This document shows, one piece after another, positions 1 through 10,012 of a stretch of DNA of 64,000 bases (its first letter is position 1; each line of letters opens with the position of its first letter). The notes beneath the pieces are model-generated. The model saw only the letters and a program-made list of their open reading frames with translations, made no database searches and was not told the origin of the DNA. The position numbers and the translations under genes were made by a program. The stretch is from the sequence record NZ_CP029448.1; one strand, given 5' to 3'. Origin of the DNA: a plasmid.

Positions 1-238
1 CGGAGGGTTGGCCGAACGTTATGAGGTGGACAGCATTAACCGGATTAAACCGGGCATTGCTGAAGCGACACGGGCAGTTCTGCGCCGTGTGCCCGATCAT
101 GTGTTTGTCCGGCAGATGGATGACCCGGATGTCGCTCTTCTGGTCGGTCTGGCAAAAGAGAAAGGTATCGCGGTGACGGAAGCCGGGGACGCTCTCGGCC
201 AGTATCGTGCAGTTACCATCATCAAAAAGGTACGCTGA
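1..238 (+). CDS. partial ORF (5' end outside window), possibly ter-cluster-associated phosphoribosyltransferase-like C-terminus
   Basis: Reading frame is open to base 1. It sits immediately upstream of, and overlaps the start of, a HpcH-aldolase-like gene, as in ter-linked clusters. Identity is weak. Confidence 0.3.
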   Translation, partial: GGLAERYEVDSINRIKPGIAEATRAVLRRVPDHVFVRQMDDPDVALLVGLAKEKGIAVTEAGDALGQYRAVTIIKKVR

Positions 239-1194
239 TGAAAAAACAATTCACTCCCTGGGATCTCGGTGCAACGCTGTATATGCCAGCAACCCGTATG
301 GATCTTGCCGAAGTTGTGCTGGAAGGGAAAATACCCGGTCTGCGGTCTCTGGTGGTCTGTCTGGAAGATGCGGTCAGTGAGCATGATGTTCCCTTTGCTC
401 TTCAGAATCTCTCACTGTTTTTGCAAAGGCTGAATGACGCGAAATTCCAACATGGAGACGACGAGTGGCCGCTGGTTTTTATTCGCCCCCGTCATCCGGA
501 CATGGGGCGATGGCTGACTGAAAACATGGAGCTGAGTGCAGTTGATGGGTTTGTGCTACCGAAATTCACCCGTTCCACGTTGCCGGTATGGTGGGACATC
601 ATGGCCGGTACCCGGTTGAGCATGATGCCGACGCTTGAAACAGAAGAGGTCTATGACGTTCTGAAAATGCAGGCGCTGGCTTCTGAACTGTCGGACCATG
701 ACTGCCGGGAACGTATTATTGCGCTGCGCATCGGGGGGAACGACCTGATGAACGTGGTCTCTCTGCGACGGCCACGGGATCTGACTCTCTACGACACGCC
801 AATGGGCTATGTCATTAAAATGCTGGTTTCGGTTTTTGCACCCCGTGATTTTGCGCTGACTGCTCCGGTATGCGAACACATTGATGACCATGGCGTCATG
901 GAGCGCGAGCTGGCGATGGATATCGCTCACGGGCTGGTGGGAAAAACCGCGATCCATCCGGAGCAGATCAGTGTGATTGAGGGGGCACTGAAGGTCTCGC
1001 CTGGCGAGCATTCAGATGCGCTGCGTATTCTGAACTCCACACAGGCAGTCTTTAAATCTCAGGGGGCGATGTGCGAACCGGCGACCCACCGGCGGTGGGC
1101 TCAGGGGATCCTGGCCCGGGGCCAGGTTTACGGACTGACGACAGGACAGAAAACGGACGGGATGAGGCTGATCCCGTTCTCTCAGCAGCAATAA
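238..1194 (+). CDS. HpcH/HpaI aldolase / citrate lyase beta-subunit-like protein
   Basis: 318-aa ORF. Overall pattern (LEDAV..., GGNDL, HP) is like CitE/HpcH family proteins found beside tellurite ter clusters. Confidence 0.5.
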   Translation: MKKQFTPWDLGATLYMPATRMDLAEVVLEGKIPGLRSLVVCLEDAVSEHDVPFALQNLSLFLQRLNDAKFQHGDDEWPLVFIRPRHPDMGRWLTENMELSAVDGFVLPKFTRSTLPVWWDIMAGTRLSMMPTLETEEVYDVLKMQALASELSDHDCRERIIALRIGGNDLMNVVSLRRPRDLTLYDTPMGYVIKMLVSVFAPRDFALTAPVCEHIDDHGVMERELAMDIAHGLVGKTAIHPEQISVIEGALKVSPGEHSDALRILNSTQAVFKSQGAMCEPATHRRWAQGILARGQVYGLTTGQKTDGMRLIPFSQQQ

Positions 1195-1204
1195 GGGGCA
1201 GAGC

Positions 1205-2428
1205 ATGGGATTCAGATTCAGGAAGTCGATAAGCATTATTCCCGGCGTCAGGATAAACCTGAGCAATGGAGCCCCCAGCCTGAGTGTTGGACCCCGGGGG
1301 GCGTCACTGTCTTTTGGGAAGCGCGGGACCTATGCCAATCTGGGGTTGCCGGGCACTGGACTGAGTTATCGGACCCGTATTGACCGGATAGTACGGGAGC
1401 GACAGAACAACAGAGCTCAGGCTAATCCGGGACTGAGGGAAGAGCTGGAGCAGGAAGTGGAAAGTCTGATGTCCGCTATAACGGCCATTTCCAGTATTCA
1501 TGAGCTTTCCCCTTCACCTGTGGGAGGGAACACATGGGCATCGCTCGAATCACATTATCTTGAGCTCCACCAGAGGACGTTCGACCGGCCCGCGCCTGTT
1601 CGTCCTGCCAAACCTGAATACAGTCCTCTCCCGTCCGCACCAGACGAACGTAGCGGTCGTGGTTTTCTGGGGGGATGGTTCGAAACCGATGCGGCTCGCA
1701 CCGAACGACAGAATGAGAACCAGCGACAGTGGCAACAGCAAGTAGCGGACGTTGAACGCGAAAACACACTGCTTAAACAACGGTATGAGAAACAACGTGT
1801 CGCCTGGGCTGAACAGTATGCAAACTGGCAGTATGAAGCTCAGGAACATGAAAAAAACTCTTCTCTCACTGCTGACGTTGCACGCGAGCAGTTCCGATCG
1901 GATGCCCGTTACTTTGAAGATTGCCTGGCAGAGGTGCTCTCACAAACGGAATGGCCGCGTGAAACGCTTGTGACTTTTGAAGTCAGGCCTGACGAATCAA
2001 TGGTCTGGCTTGATGTTGATTTACCTGAGATTGAGGATATGCCTGATAAGGTATATGTCGTCAATGCAAAGGGAACGGATATCACTGAAAAAACGATGAC
2101 ACAGAAAGCGGTCCGGGAGAGTTATGCAAGACACGTCCACGGTTGCCTGATGCGATTAGCTGCCATCGTATTTCAGACGCTTCCGTTTGAACACGCCGTG
2201 CTTTCCGGCTTTACTCAGCGGATCAGCAAACAAACGGGTTACCTTGAAGATGAGTACATTCTTTCCTGCAGGATAGACCGCCATCATATGGAAAAAATAA
2301 ACTACACGAACCTTAAAGATGTGGACCCTATCACGGTGCTGAGTGTTCAGGCGTTGGTCCGAAAAATGAGCGCAACTTTCCTGTTTCAGGCTATTGACCC
2401 TATTATGATAACTGCAGGCACCAGCTGA
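1205..2428 (+). CDS. DUF4236-domain protein
   Basis: N-terminus MGFRFRKSISIIPGVRINLSNGAPSLSVGPRGASLSFGKRGT is the characteristic DUF4236 repeat. 407 aa. Confidence 0.5.
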   Translation: MGFRFRKSISIIPGVRINLSNGAPSLSVGPRGASLSFGKRGTYANLGLPGTGLSYRTRIDRIVRERQNNRAQANPGLREELEQEVESLMSAITAISSIHELSPSPVGGNTWASLESHYLELHQRTFDRPAPVRPAKPEYSPLPSAPDERSGRGFLGGWFETDAARTERQNENQRQWQQQVADVERENTLLKQRYEKQRVAWAEQYANWQYEAQEHEKNSSLTADVAREQFRSDARYFEDCLAEVLSQTEWPRETLVTFEVRPDESMVWLDVDLPEIEDMPDKVYVVNAKGTDITEKTMTQKAVRESYARHVHGCLMRLAAIVFQTLPFEHAVLSGFTQRISKQTGYLEDEYILSCRIDRHHMEKINYTNLKDVDPITVLSVQALVRKMSATFLFQAIDPIMITAGTS

Positions 2429-2430
2429 CT

Positions 2431-2904
2431 ATGCAACTAAATACCCGACAGGAACGAATTTATACTCTGGCGAGCTTACTGGGTACGGGAAAACCCGTTT
2501 CTGCGGCAAAAATCATCAGCATTCTTGACTGTTCTGAACCTACCCTCAGTCGTGCGCTGAAGGAGCTTCGGGAGTCCTATGCAGCTGAAATAAAATACAG
2601 TAAAGCCGGTCATTCCTATCAGTTAGTTAGTCCCGGGCAGCTCGATAAAAAAACTTTGCGCCGAATGAATGAAGCACTCACTCAAAACGCTGAACAGAAA
2701 GCGCAGGATATTTCGACGAAAGTGGTGCTGGATAAAGATCTGAAGACGGCAGTCTCTTTATCAATCCGACGCCGGGTACTCCGGAAAATAGACAAACTGG
2801 CCGAACTTACCGGCACGTCCCGAAGTGAGGCGGTAGAGACTCTCGCTGAAATGAAGGTCGAGGACTTTATTAAGGTAGTTCAGTTGAAAAACAAGCCGGA
2901 ATAA
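2431..2904 (+). CDS. HTH-domain hypothetical regulator
   Basis: 157-aa ORF starting 3 bp after the previous stop (operon-like). N-terminal winged-HTH-like segment. Confidence 0.4.
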   Translation: MQLNTRQERIYTLASLLGTGKPVSAAKIISILDCSEPTLSRALKELRESYAAEIKYSKAGHSYQLVSPGQLDKKTLRRMNEALTQNAEQKAQDISTKVVLDKDLKTAVSLSIRRRVLRKIDKLAELTGTSRSEAVETLAEMKVEDFIKVVQLKNKPE

Positions 2905-3061
2905 CAGCATTCCAGGGGTACCGACAGAAAGGGCCCCTTTTTACTTGTAGGTAAAGTCGCCCACACGTGCCTTACAGTCAGAGATATTCTCCTTCCGTAT
3001 TTCCCATTTTGCCGTTGGACAAAAGAACGATGGCCGATCACCTATACTGTTTCTACAGGTT

Positions 3062-3643
3062 TTACCTAGCGGAGCAACTTCCGTAAATCACATTCCGGTG
3101 TAGGTAGATGTCTGCTACGGATTTTCCACCCAATTTCTTCAGCACGCGATTTATATGGTCCTGAGAAGACCGCTTTGTGATTGACAATACAGTGGCTATG
3201 TCTTCATCTGAACGACCACAAAGAACCAGACGCGCTACCGTAAATTCCCTGTCAGTCAGCCGTACAGTATTTGCTGCAGGCAGATTTGCACTGCCAGATA
3301 TAGTTTTCAACACGGTATAGGTAAAAATATTTAACCGTGTCGTGATGTCGATAAACTGTGTGTCATCATTTCTGACACTCTCTATCGCATGTTGCAGTAA
3401 AAAGCAGAAACGCGCACCTGAACGGTAGAGTTTACTCAGAAATTGGACGTTTTCCTCATGGAGAGGACGTTCAATGAAGTAAATATTATCCTTGCATATC
3501 ACATGGTTGGAGAGGTGGTTCACCGATAGTCGCGAAGCAGCTATCTCATGCTTGCAAAGAAGTAACTCAATTCCTACGTACAGAAACTGGTTGTCCGTAA
3601 TGACGTAAATCATCCTGTCTATCGCTCCAGGTATCCTACCCAC
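3062..3643 (-). CDS. LuxR-family transcriptional regulator
   Basis: C-terminal GerE/LuxR HTH (LTDREFTVARLVLCGRSDEDIATVLSITKRSSQDHINRVLKKLG). Confidence 0.55.
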   Translation of the reverse strand: MGRIPGAIDRMIYVITDNQFLYVGIELLLCKHEIAASRLSVNHLSNHVICKDNIYFIERPLHEENVQFLSKLYRSGARFCFLLQHAIESVRNDDTQFIDITTRLNIFTYTVLKTISGSANLPAANTVRLTDREFTVARLVLCGRSDEDIATVLSITKRSSQDHINRVLKKLGGKSVADIYLHRNVIYGSCSAR

Positions 3644-3734
3644 TGCGTCTCTGAATGCTTTTCTGACCTGCTCCCCGTTGATTAGTACACCCCGATGTTA
3701 GTAATGTCTTCATAAGCCACATGAGGACATCCCC

Positions 3735-3998
3735 ATGAAGAAGCGTTTTTCCGACGAACAGATCATCAGTATTCTCCGCGAAGCCGAAGCTGGGGTACCC
3801 GCCCGTGAACTCTGCCGCAAGCATGCCATTTCCGATGCCACGTTTTACACCTGGCGTAAGAAGTATGGCGGTATGGAGGTGCCTGAAGTTAAGCGCCTGA
3901 AGTCGCTTGAGGAAGAGAACACCAGACTCAAGAAGCTGCTTGCCGAAGCCATGCTGGATAAAGAGGCGCTTCAGGTGGCTCTTGGGCGAAAGTACTGA
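3735..3998 (+). CDS. IS3-family transposase OrfA
   Basis: [30 protein letters not shown]... has an HTH and a leucine zipper. Confidence 0.85.
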   Translation: MKKRFSDEQIISILREAEAGVPARELCRKHAISDATFYTWRKKYGGMEVPEVKRLKSLEEENTRLKKLLAEAMLDKEALQVALGRKY

Positions 3999-4021
3999 CG
4001 ACAGACCAGAAGCGGGAAGCC

Positions 4022-4855
4022 GTGATGTTGATGTGTGATGCGACCGGTCTGTCGCAACGTCGTGCCTGCAGGCTTACAGGTTTATCCCTGTCGACCTGCC
4101 GCTATGAGGCTCACCGTCCGGCTGCTGATGCGCATTTATCAGGGCGCATCACTGAGCTGGCACTGGAGCGCAGGCGTTTTGGCTACCGTCGTATTTGGCA
4201 GTTGCTGCGCCGTGAAGGGCTTCATGTTAATCATAAGCGCGTGTACCGGCTTTATCACCTCAGTGGCCTGGGCGTAAAACGCAGAAGACGTCGTAAAGGG
4301 CTGGCAACAGAACGTCTGCCGCTGCTCCGTCCGGCGGCGCCCAATCTGACCTGGTCGATGGATTTCGTCATGGACGCACTTTCCACCGGTCGCAGGATCA
4401 AGTGTCTTACCTGCGTCGATGATTTCACAAAGGAATGCCTGACGGTCACTGTTGCCTTTGGGATTTCAGGCGTTCAGGTCACGCGTATTCTGGACAGCAT
4501 TGCACTGTTTCGAGGCTATCCGGCGACGATAAGAACTGACCAGGGGCCGGAGTTCACTTGCCGTGCACTGGATCAATGGGCCTTTGAGCATGGTGTTGAG
4601 TTGCGCTTAATCCAGCCGGGCAAGCCAACGCAGAACGGATTTATTGAGAGCTTTAACGGACGATTTCGCGATGAATGTTTGAATGAGCACTGGTTCAGCG
4701 ATATCGTTCATGCCAGGAAAATTATTAATGACTGGCGGCAGGATTATAACGAATGCCGCCCGCACTCCACGCTGAATTATCAGACACCGTCTGAATTTGC
4801 AGCGGGCTGGAGAAAGGGTCATTCTGAGAATGAAGATTCCGACGTTACTAACTGA
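4022..4855 (+). CDS. IS3-family transposase OrfB (DDE integrase domain; expressed by frameshift from orfA)
   Basis: Integrase-core motifs are present: [23 protein letters not shown]. Confidence 0.85.
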   Translation: MMLMCDATGLSQRRACRLTGLSLSTCRYEAHRPAADAHLSGRITELALERRRFGYRRIWQLLRREGLHVNHKRVYRLYHLSGLGVKRRRRRKGLATERLPLLRPAAPNLTWSMDFVMDALSTGRRIKCLTCVDDFTKECLTVTVAFGISGVQVTRILDSIALFRGYPATIRTDQGPEFTCRALDQWAFEHGVELRLIQPGKPTQNGFIESFNGRFRDECLNEHWFSDIVHARKIINDWRQDYNECRPHSTLNYQTPSEFAAGWRKGHSENEDSDVTN

Positions 4856-5082
4856 GTGTTGTATCTAATCGTGGGGGCAGGTCAGTGGTAACTGTCAATT
4901 TTTTCATATTCTGTTAAGAATAAATTAATGTTTAAAAATTATGATAAATGAATGTCATCACAAACATGGCACGTCCTTTACAGGAATAAATCTCACCAAT
5001 TATTATATTTTCGCCACAGAACCTGTCCGGGAAGGATAGTCTGTTTAGTATTAACTGTTGATGCTGTTATAAGGAGTTTCTG

Positions 5083-6036
5083 ATGCAGGTAAACAAATTT
5101 ACGGATGATATTGATATTAGTTCTCATGAGCGTTTCATCGCGGCCCGTAAAAGTACGTGGGTTAGTGTGCTTGTTAATTGTTTTCTGACATCCGGGCAGG
5201 TGATTACTGGTATATTTTCTGGATCTCAGGGACTTATCGCGGATGGTATTCATTCCCTGTCTGATTTAGTCTCAGACTTTGTTGTACTCATTGCAAACCA
5301 TAAAAGTAAAAAAAATCCCGATGATGACCATCACTACGGTCATCATCGTTATGAAAATGGTGCATCATTAATTCTGGGGACAATTTTATTTATTGTTGGC
5401 ATCGGCATGTTATGGTCAGCAGTAAATAAAATGAAACAACCAGATGATATTCCTCAGGTACATATTGTTGCTCTGTGGGTGGCTTTAGCCGCACTGGTTA
5501 TCAAAGAGCTTCTTTTTCGCTATATGCTTGCCGTAGCAACCCGAGTAAAATCCACTATGCTGGTCGCTAATGCCTGGCATGCACGCTCTGATGCCGCTTC
5601 GTCTTTGGTTGTGGCTATTGGTATTATTGGGAACTTATCAGGTTTTAAATTACTCGACCCAGTTGCTGCAATGGTTGTCGGACTGATTGTAACCAGAATG
5701 GGATATTCATTTATGTCAGATTCGCTTCATGACTTGATGGACAGATCCGTGGATATTGAAACTGAAAATAAAATAAAAACCACATTATTGTCAACGCCTG
5801 GAGTTGAAGGTATCCATGATCTCAAAACCCGTAAAATGGGAGATCTTGTTGTTGTTGATGTTCATCTGGAAATTAATGGTAATTTATCAGTGAAAGTAGG
5901 GCATGACATTGCTGTTTTAGCCAGGAAATCAGTTTTAGATAATCATCATGTATTAAATGTCATGACGCATGTTGACCCTTTTTTTAAGGAGGTAAGTGGC
6001 CTTGATTATGGAAGTGTAAATAATCATAAACAATAA
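5083..6036 (+). CDS. cation diffusion facilitator (CDF) family metal efflux transporter
   Basis: Motifs ADGIHSLSDLVSDF and HHYGHHRYE. Six TM segments plus a C-terminal cytoplasmic domain. Low-GC context. Confidence 0.8.
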   Translation: MQVNKFTDDIDISSHERFIAARKSTWVSVLVNCFLTSGQVITGIFSGSQGLIADGIHSLSDLVSDFVVLIANHKSKKNPDDDHHYGHHRYENGASLILGTILFIVGIGMLWSAVNKMKQPDDIPQVHIVALWVALAALVIKELLFRYMLAVATRVKSTMLVANAWHARSDAASSLVVAIGIIGNLSGFKLLDPVAAMVVGLIVTRMGYSFMSDSLHDLMDRSVDIETENKIKTTLLSTPGVEGIHDLKTRKMGDLVVVDVHLEINGNLSVKVGHDIAVLARKSVLDNHHVLNVMTHVDPFFKEVSGLDYGSVNNHKQ

Positions 6037-6148
6037 TTTTAATGCTGATTTTCTTCGGGGAAATTGGCAAATAATTATTTTCTTTGCTCAATGTTACGTC
6101 TTCGGATTGTGATTTTTTTAAATGATAGTAAACAATGTGGGGTTATTA

Positions 6149-6522
6149 TGAGAAAAATTATGCATAGTGTTATAATAGGAACAGCCCTTGTTTTATCTAC
6201 CAGTGTAATAGCTGGTTCTGACGGTGTTGAACATGCCATGAAGATGATGAATAAAAGCTACCGCGCAGCACTTAAGGAGGAGGACGTTACATCTTTCAGG
6301 AAAGATATGCAGGATCTGAAATCAACAGCAGAGTCCATCTTGAACGGCCCGGTAGAGGGGTATGACAGGGAAACGTATGTTGCAGGTATGTCACTTCTGA
6401 TTGATGAGGTAACTGCTGTTGAAAGTACCGCTGAAAAGGAAGGTCTTGACGCTGGGAAAATTGCAGCACAGAAACTGGGCAGTATGATGAGAAAATACCA
6501 TAATAAACTTGGCGTTGACTGA
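6149..6522 (+). CDS. periplasmic cytochrome b562-family protein (putative)
   Basis: Signal peptide, then a four-helix-bundle-like sequence. Met near the N-terminus (HAMKMMNKSY) and C-terminal RKYHNK parallel the CybC heme ligands. Confidence 0.45.
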
Positions 6523-6959
6523 ACCGGGAACTATCAGGAGAAAGTAGATATGCTGGAAAGATATCCCGGAACTGACATGATATAGCTGCTTGTATTAGAA
6601 TGGATAGTTATGCCCTGGTGAAGAAATTATAATACGTTATCTTATCTGCTCAGTACATATAAAAATGTTGGGGTCGCAAACATGCTTACCGATGCTACAT
6701 TGCCTCAACATAAGCTAAGTCCTATTGATGTTGCACGGGGCGGATATACCCGCTTCGTGCTTCACTGAAACATACTGATGATCTCTTGGCTGGAAAAACA
6801 CTTCTTCATGGTAATCTCTTCATATTACTGATGTGATGTACTATAGGTTTAGATACCATTCTCTGATTAAAGAGTATTGTTTAGTTCCGATAAGTTAAGG
6901 TTTCGTTAATAAAAAGGCATGTTGATTTGGTCAACCACCCCTAACAAAGTGGCTAAATT

Positions 6960-7236
6960 ATGAATGAAAATTTACGTAATGCTCTCCCTCACAAAGACAC
7001 ACCATTTCTACGTGTGCTTCATATCATCTTAGCTGTATTGATTTTATTGCAGATTGTTAGTTCAAATCTTACCGAAAGCGATGCTCTCAGTGACTATACT
7101 CTCACAGGGTTCGTTACATGGTTCCATGTTATCACTGGATTATCACTGATTGTTCTTGGGTTAATCATGCTTGCATGGATGCTAACACAACGAGGATTTC
7201 ATTACTATTTTGCTTGGCTGACTCTTGATTTTCGAG
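6960..7236 (+). pseudogene. His-containing integral membrane protein (b-type-cytochrome-like), 3' end truncated at the IS5 junction
   Basis: ORF runs straight into the IS5 left end at 7237. Remaining ORF is 99 aa with 3 TM helices. Confidence 0.35.
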
Positions 7237-8432
<1,196 letters not shown>

Positions 8433-8749
8433 CTAGCGCTCTGAGCGAACTGGCAAAACAGTTTTGGGAAAAACGAGGATAACGCTTTTCAGTATCTCGA
8501 CAGGGATAACTTACTTTACCATCGGTATCCCTTTTAGCCGCACAAATTTTAGCCATGGCTTTTCAGGAAGTCAGGGCTATCAGAATGGCCTTAGAAAGCC
8601 TAGTCAAAGAGCTGTCACGAGAACACCGTTAGCTTAGCGTACGATTTTTTCCGAATTCTGCGGTTCCCCCTACTGGGTCAATGGCCCTCGCGCGGTCGAT
8701 CAGGCTGGCTGGAAGAAAATTATCGGGGACAAACCGACCCTGATCATGC

Positions 8750-9810
8750 TCGATGAGTTGCCGCCCTACCTTGAAAACGCGAGCACTACTGTCATCGGCG
8801 GCGGTACGCTGGCTACCGTGAGCACCTACACACTCAGCTGCCTGATGAGCGCCGCTCTGGAGTTACCGCGTTGCTGCATTGTGATTGCCAACCTATCCGG
8901 CAGCTATGTGGCTCAGACCAAGGCAATTGCCGAAGCAATCTCTAACCTCCAGCAAGAAGCCAGTCGCCAAGCGAGCACCATCACCCCCGTGCAGTTGGCG
9001 GGTACCTGTTCATCCCTAGCGCCTCTCCGCCTTGATGCTGGCAGATTCAGTCTGGCCTCGCGGTTCGACCTACCGAAATATCGGCGGTTACATTGTCCCC
9101 AGAGCTTCAGACCCGGCTGTTACCGGCCACGCCTGTCTGGGTAGGGAACGAGTGGTGGAACAGTCGGTTCCGTCGGGCGTTAACCTGCGGAACAGAAACC
9201 CATGCGACTTTCAGGTCGCACTGCCGAAATAATACTGGTTTCCCTTCTTGGTCTGGTGCATTTCCGGGTCGCGCTTGCCGTCCTTGTTCTTGGTCGAACT
9301 GGGCGCATTGATCAGCGTTGCATCGACGATGGTGCCCTGGCGCAGCGACAGGCCGCGGTCGCCCAGAGCCATTGATGACAGCGAGGATGCCGGCCGCCAG
9401 CTCGTGTTTCTCCAGCAAGCGGCGGAAGTTGAGAATGGTGGTTTCGTCGGGGATGCGCTCCAGGTTCAGCCCGGCAAACTGGCGCAGGATCGTGGTTTCG
9501 TACAGCGCTTCCTCCATCGCTGGATCGCTGTAGCCGAACCAGTTCTGCAGCAGATGCACACGCAGCATCGCCATCAACGGGTAGGCCGGACGGCCACCTT
9601 CACCCTTCGGATAATGTGGCTCGATCAAAGCAATCAAGCCCTTCCACGGCACCACCCGATCCATCTCGATCAGGAACAACTCCTTGCGGGTTTGCTTGCG
9701 CTTGCCAGCGTACTCGGCGTCGGCGAAGGTCATCTGCTTCATCGGGAAACTCGGTGGGTGGAATCCGGGTATTTTGCCAAAATCTGGAAGTCTTCTTCAG
9801 AGTTTCCCTA
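8750..9810 (-). mobile_element. degenerate IS5-family (ISKpn26-like) element, copy 1
   Basis: Transposase N-terminus MKQMTFADAEYAGKRKQTRKELFLIEMDRVVPWKGLIALIEPHYPKGEGGRPAYPLMAMLRVHLLQNWFGYSDPAMEEALYETTILRQFAGL on the minus strand. It is frameshifted after ILAVING and continues in another frame ([38 protein letters not shown]). Distal part is decayed, and the 8750 boundary is approximate. Confidence 0.5.
9107..9742 (-). pseudogene. IS5-family transposase, frameshifted
   Basis: See previous entry. First about 125 aa are intact. Confidence 0.6.
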
Positions 9811-9814
9811 GTGT

Positions 9815-9852
9815 GGGGTTTGAGGGCCAACGATGTAAAAAACCACGTTAAT
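9815..9852 (+). repeat. Tn3-family left terminal inverted repeat
   Basis: Read directly from the sequence. Confidence 0.85.
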
Positions 9853-10012
9853 AGGTTAACCTATTGTTTTATTTTAATTATTAGGTGCTGCATTTACAGC
9901 TACTCCAATGATCATGGGGCTGATGGTCGATGGAACGCAATACCAAGTAGATTGATTGCATAAAGTTCCTTCAATTCCGATCTGCCCTCCCGTTTTCACA
10001 TCCTACTTCAGT

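Larger units (their letters stand above)
3664..4884 (+). mobile_element. IS3-family insertion sequence (IS407-group-like), about 1.2 kb
   Basis: Imperfect terminal inverted repeats: TGACCTGCTCCCCGTTGATTAG at 3664 and the reverse complement TGACCTGCCCCCACGATTAG ending at 4884. orfA and orfB are arranged for a -1 frameshift. Confidence 0.8.

Noticed and set aside
6064-6522. 152-aa version of the cytochrome b562-like ORF starting at 6064.
   Set aside because: The upstream 28 aa lack a signal-peptide-like organisation. The start at 6149 (MRKIMHSVIIGTALVLSTSVIAG) gives a proper signal peptide.
8640-9144. ORF fragment with a Walker-B-like KKIIGDKPTLIMLDELPPYLENA... (8746-9144 in the track), possibly a remnant of a DUF499/BrxC-like ATPase.
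   Set aside because: It is ambiguous. Its downstream two-thirds overlaps, in antisense, what looks like the decayed C-terminal part of the IS5-family copy 1 (minus-strand RRYFGRS... resembling the transposase IKRQFG region). There is no start context. I could not decide between a gene fragment and an artefact.
9248-9811. 187-aa plus-strand ORF, and the similar 334-aa ORF 21497-22501(-), sharing a long identical peptide.
   Set aside because: Both are antisense to the two IS5-family transposase remnants. The shared peptide simply mirrors the shared IS sequence, with one extending into antisense of ptxE. They are not genes.
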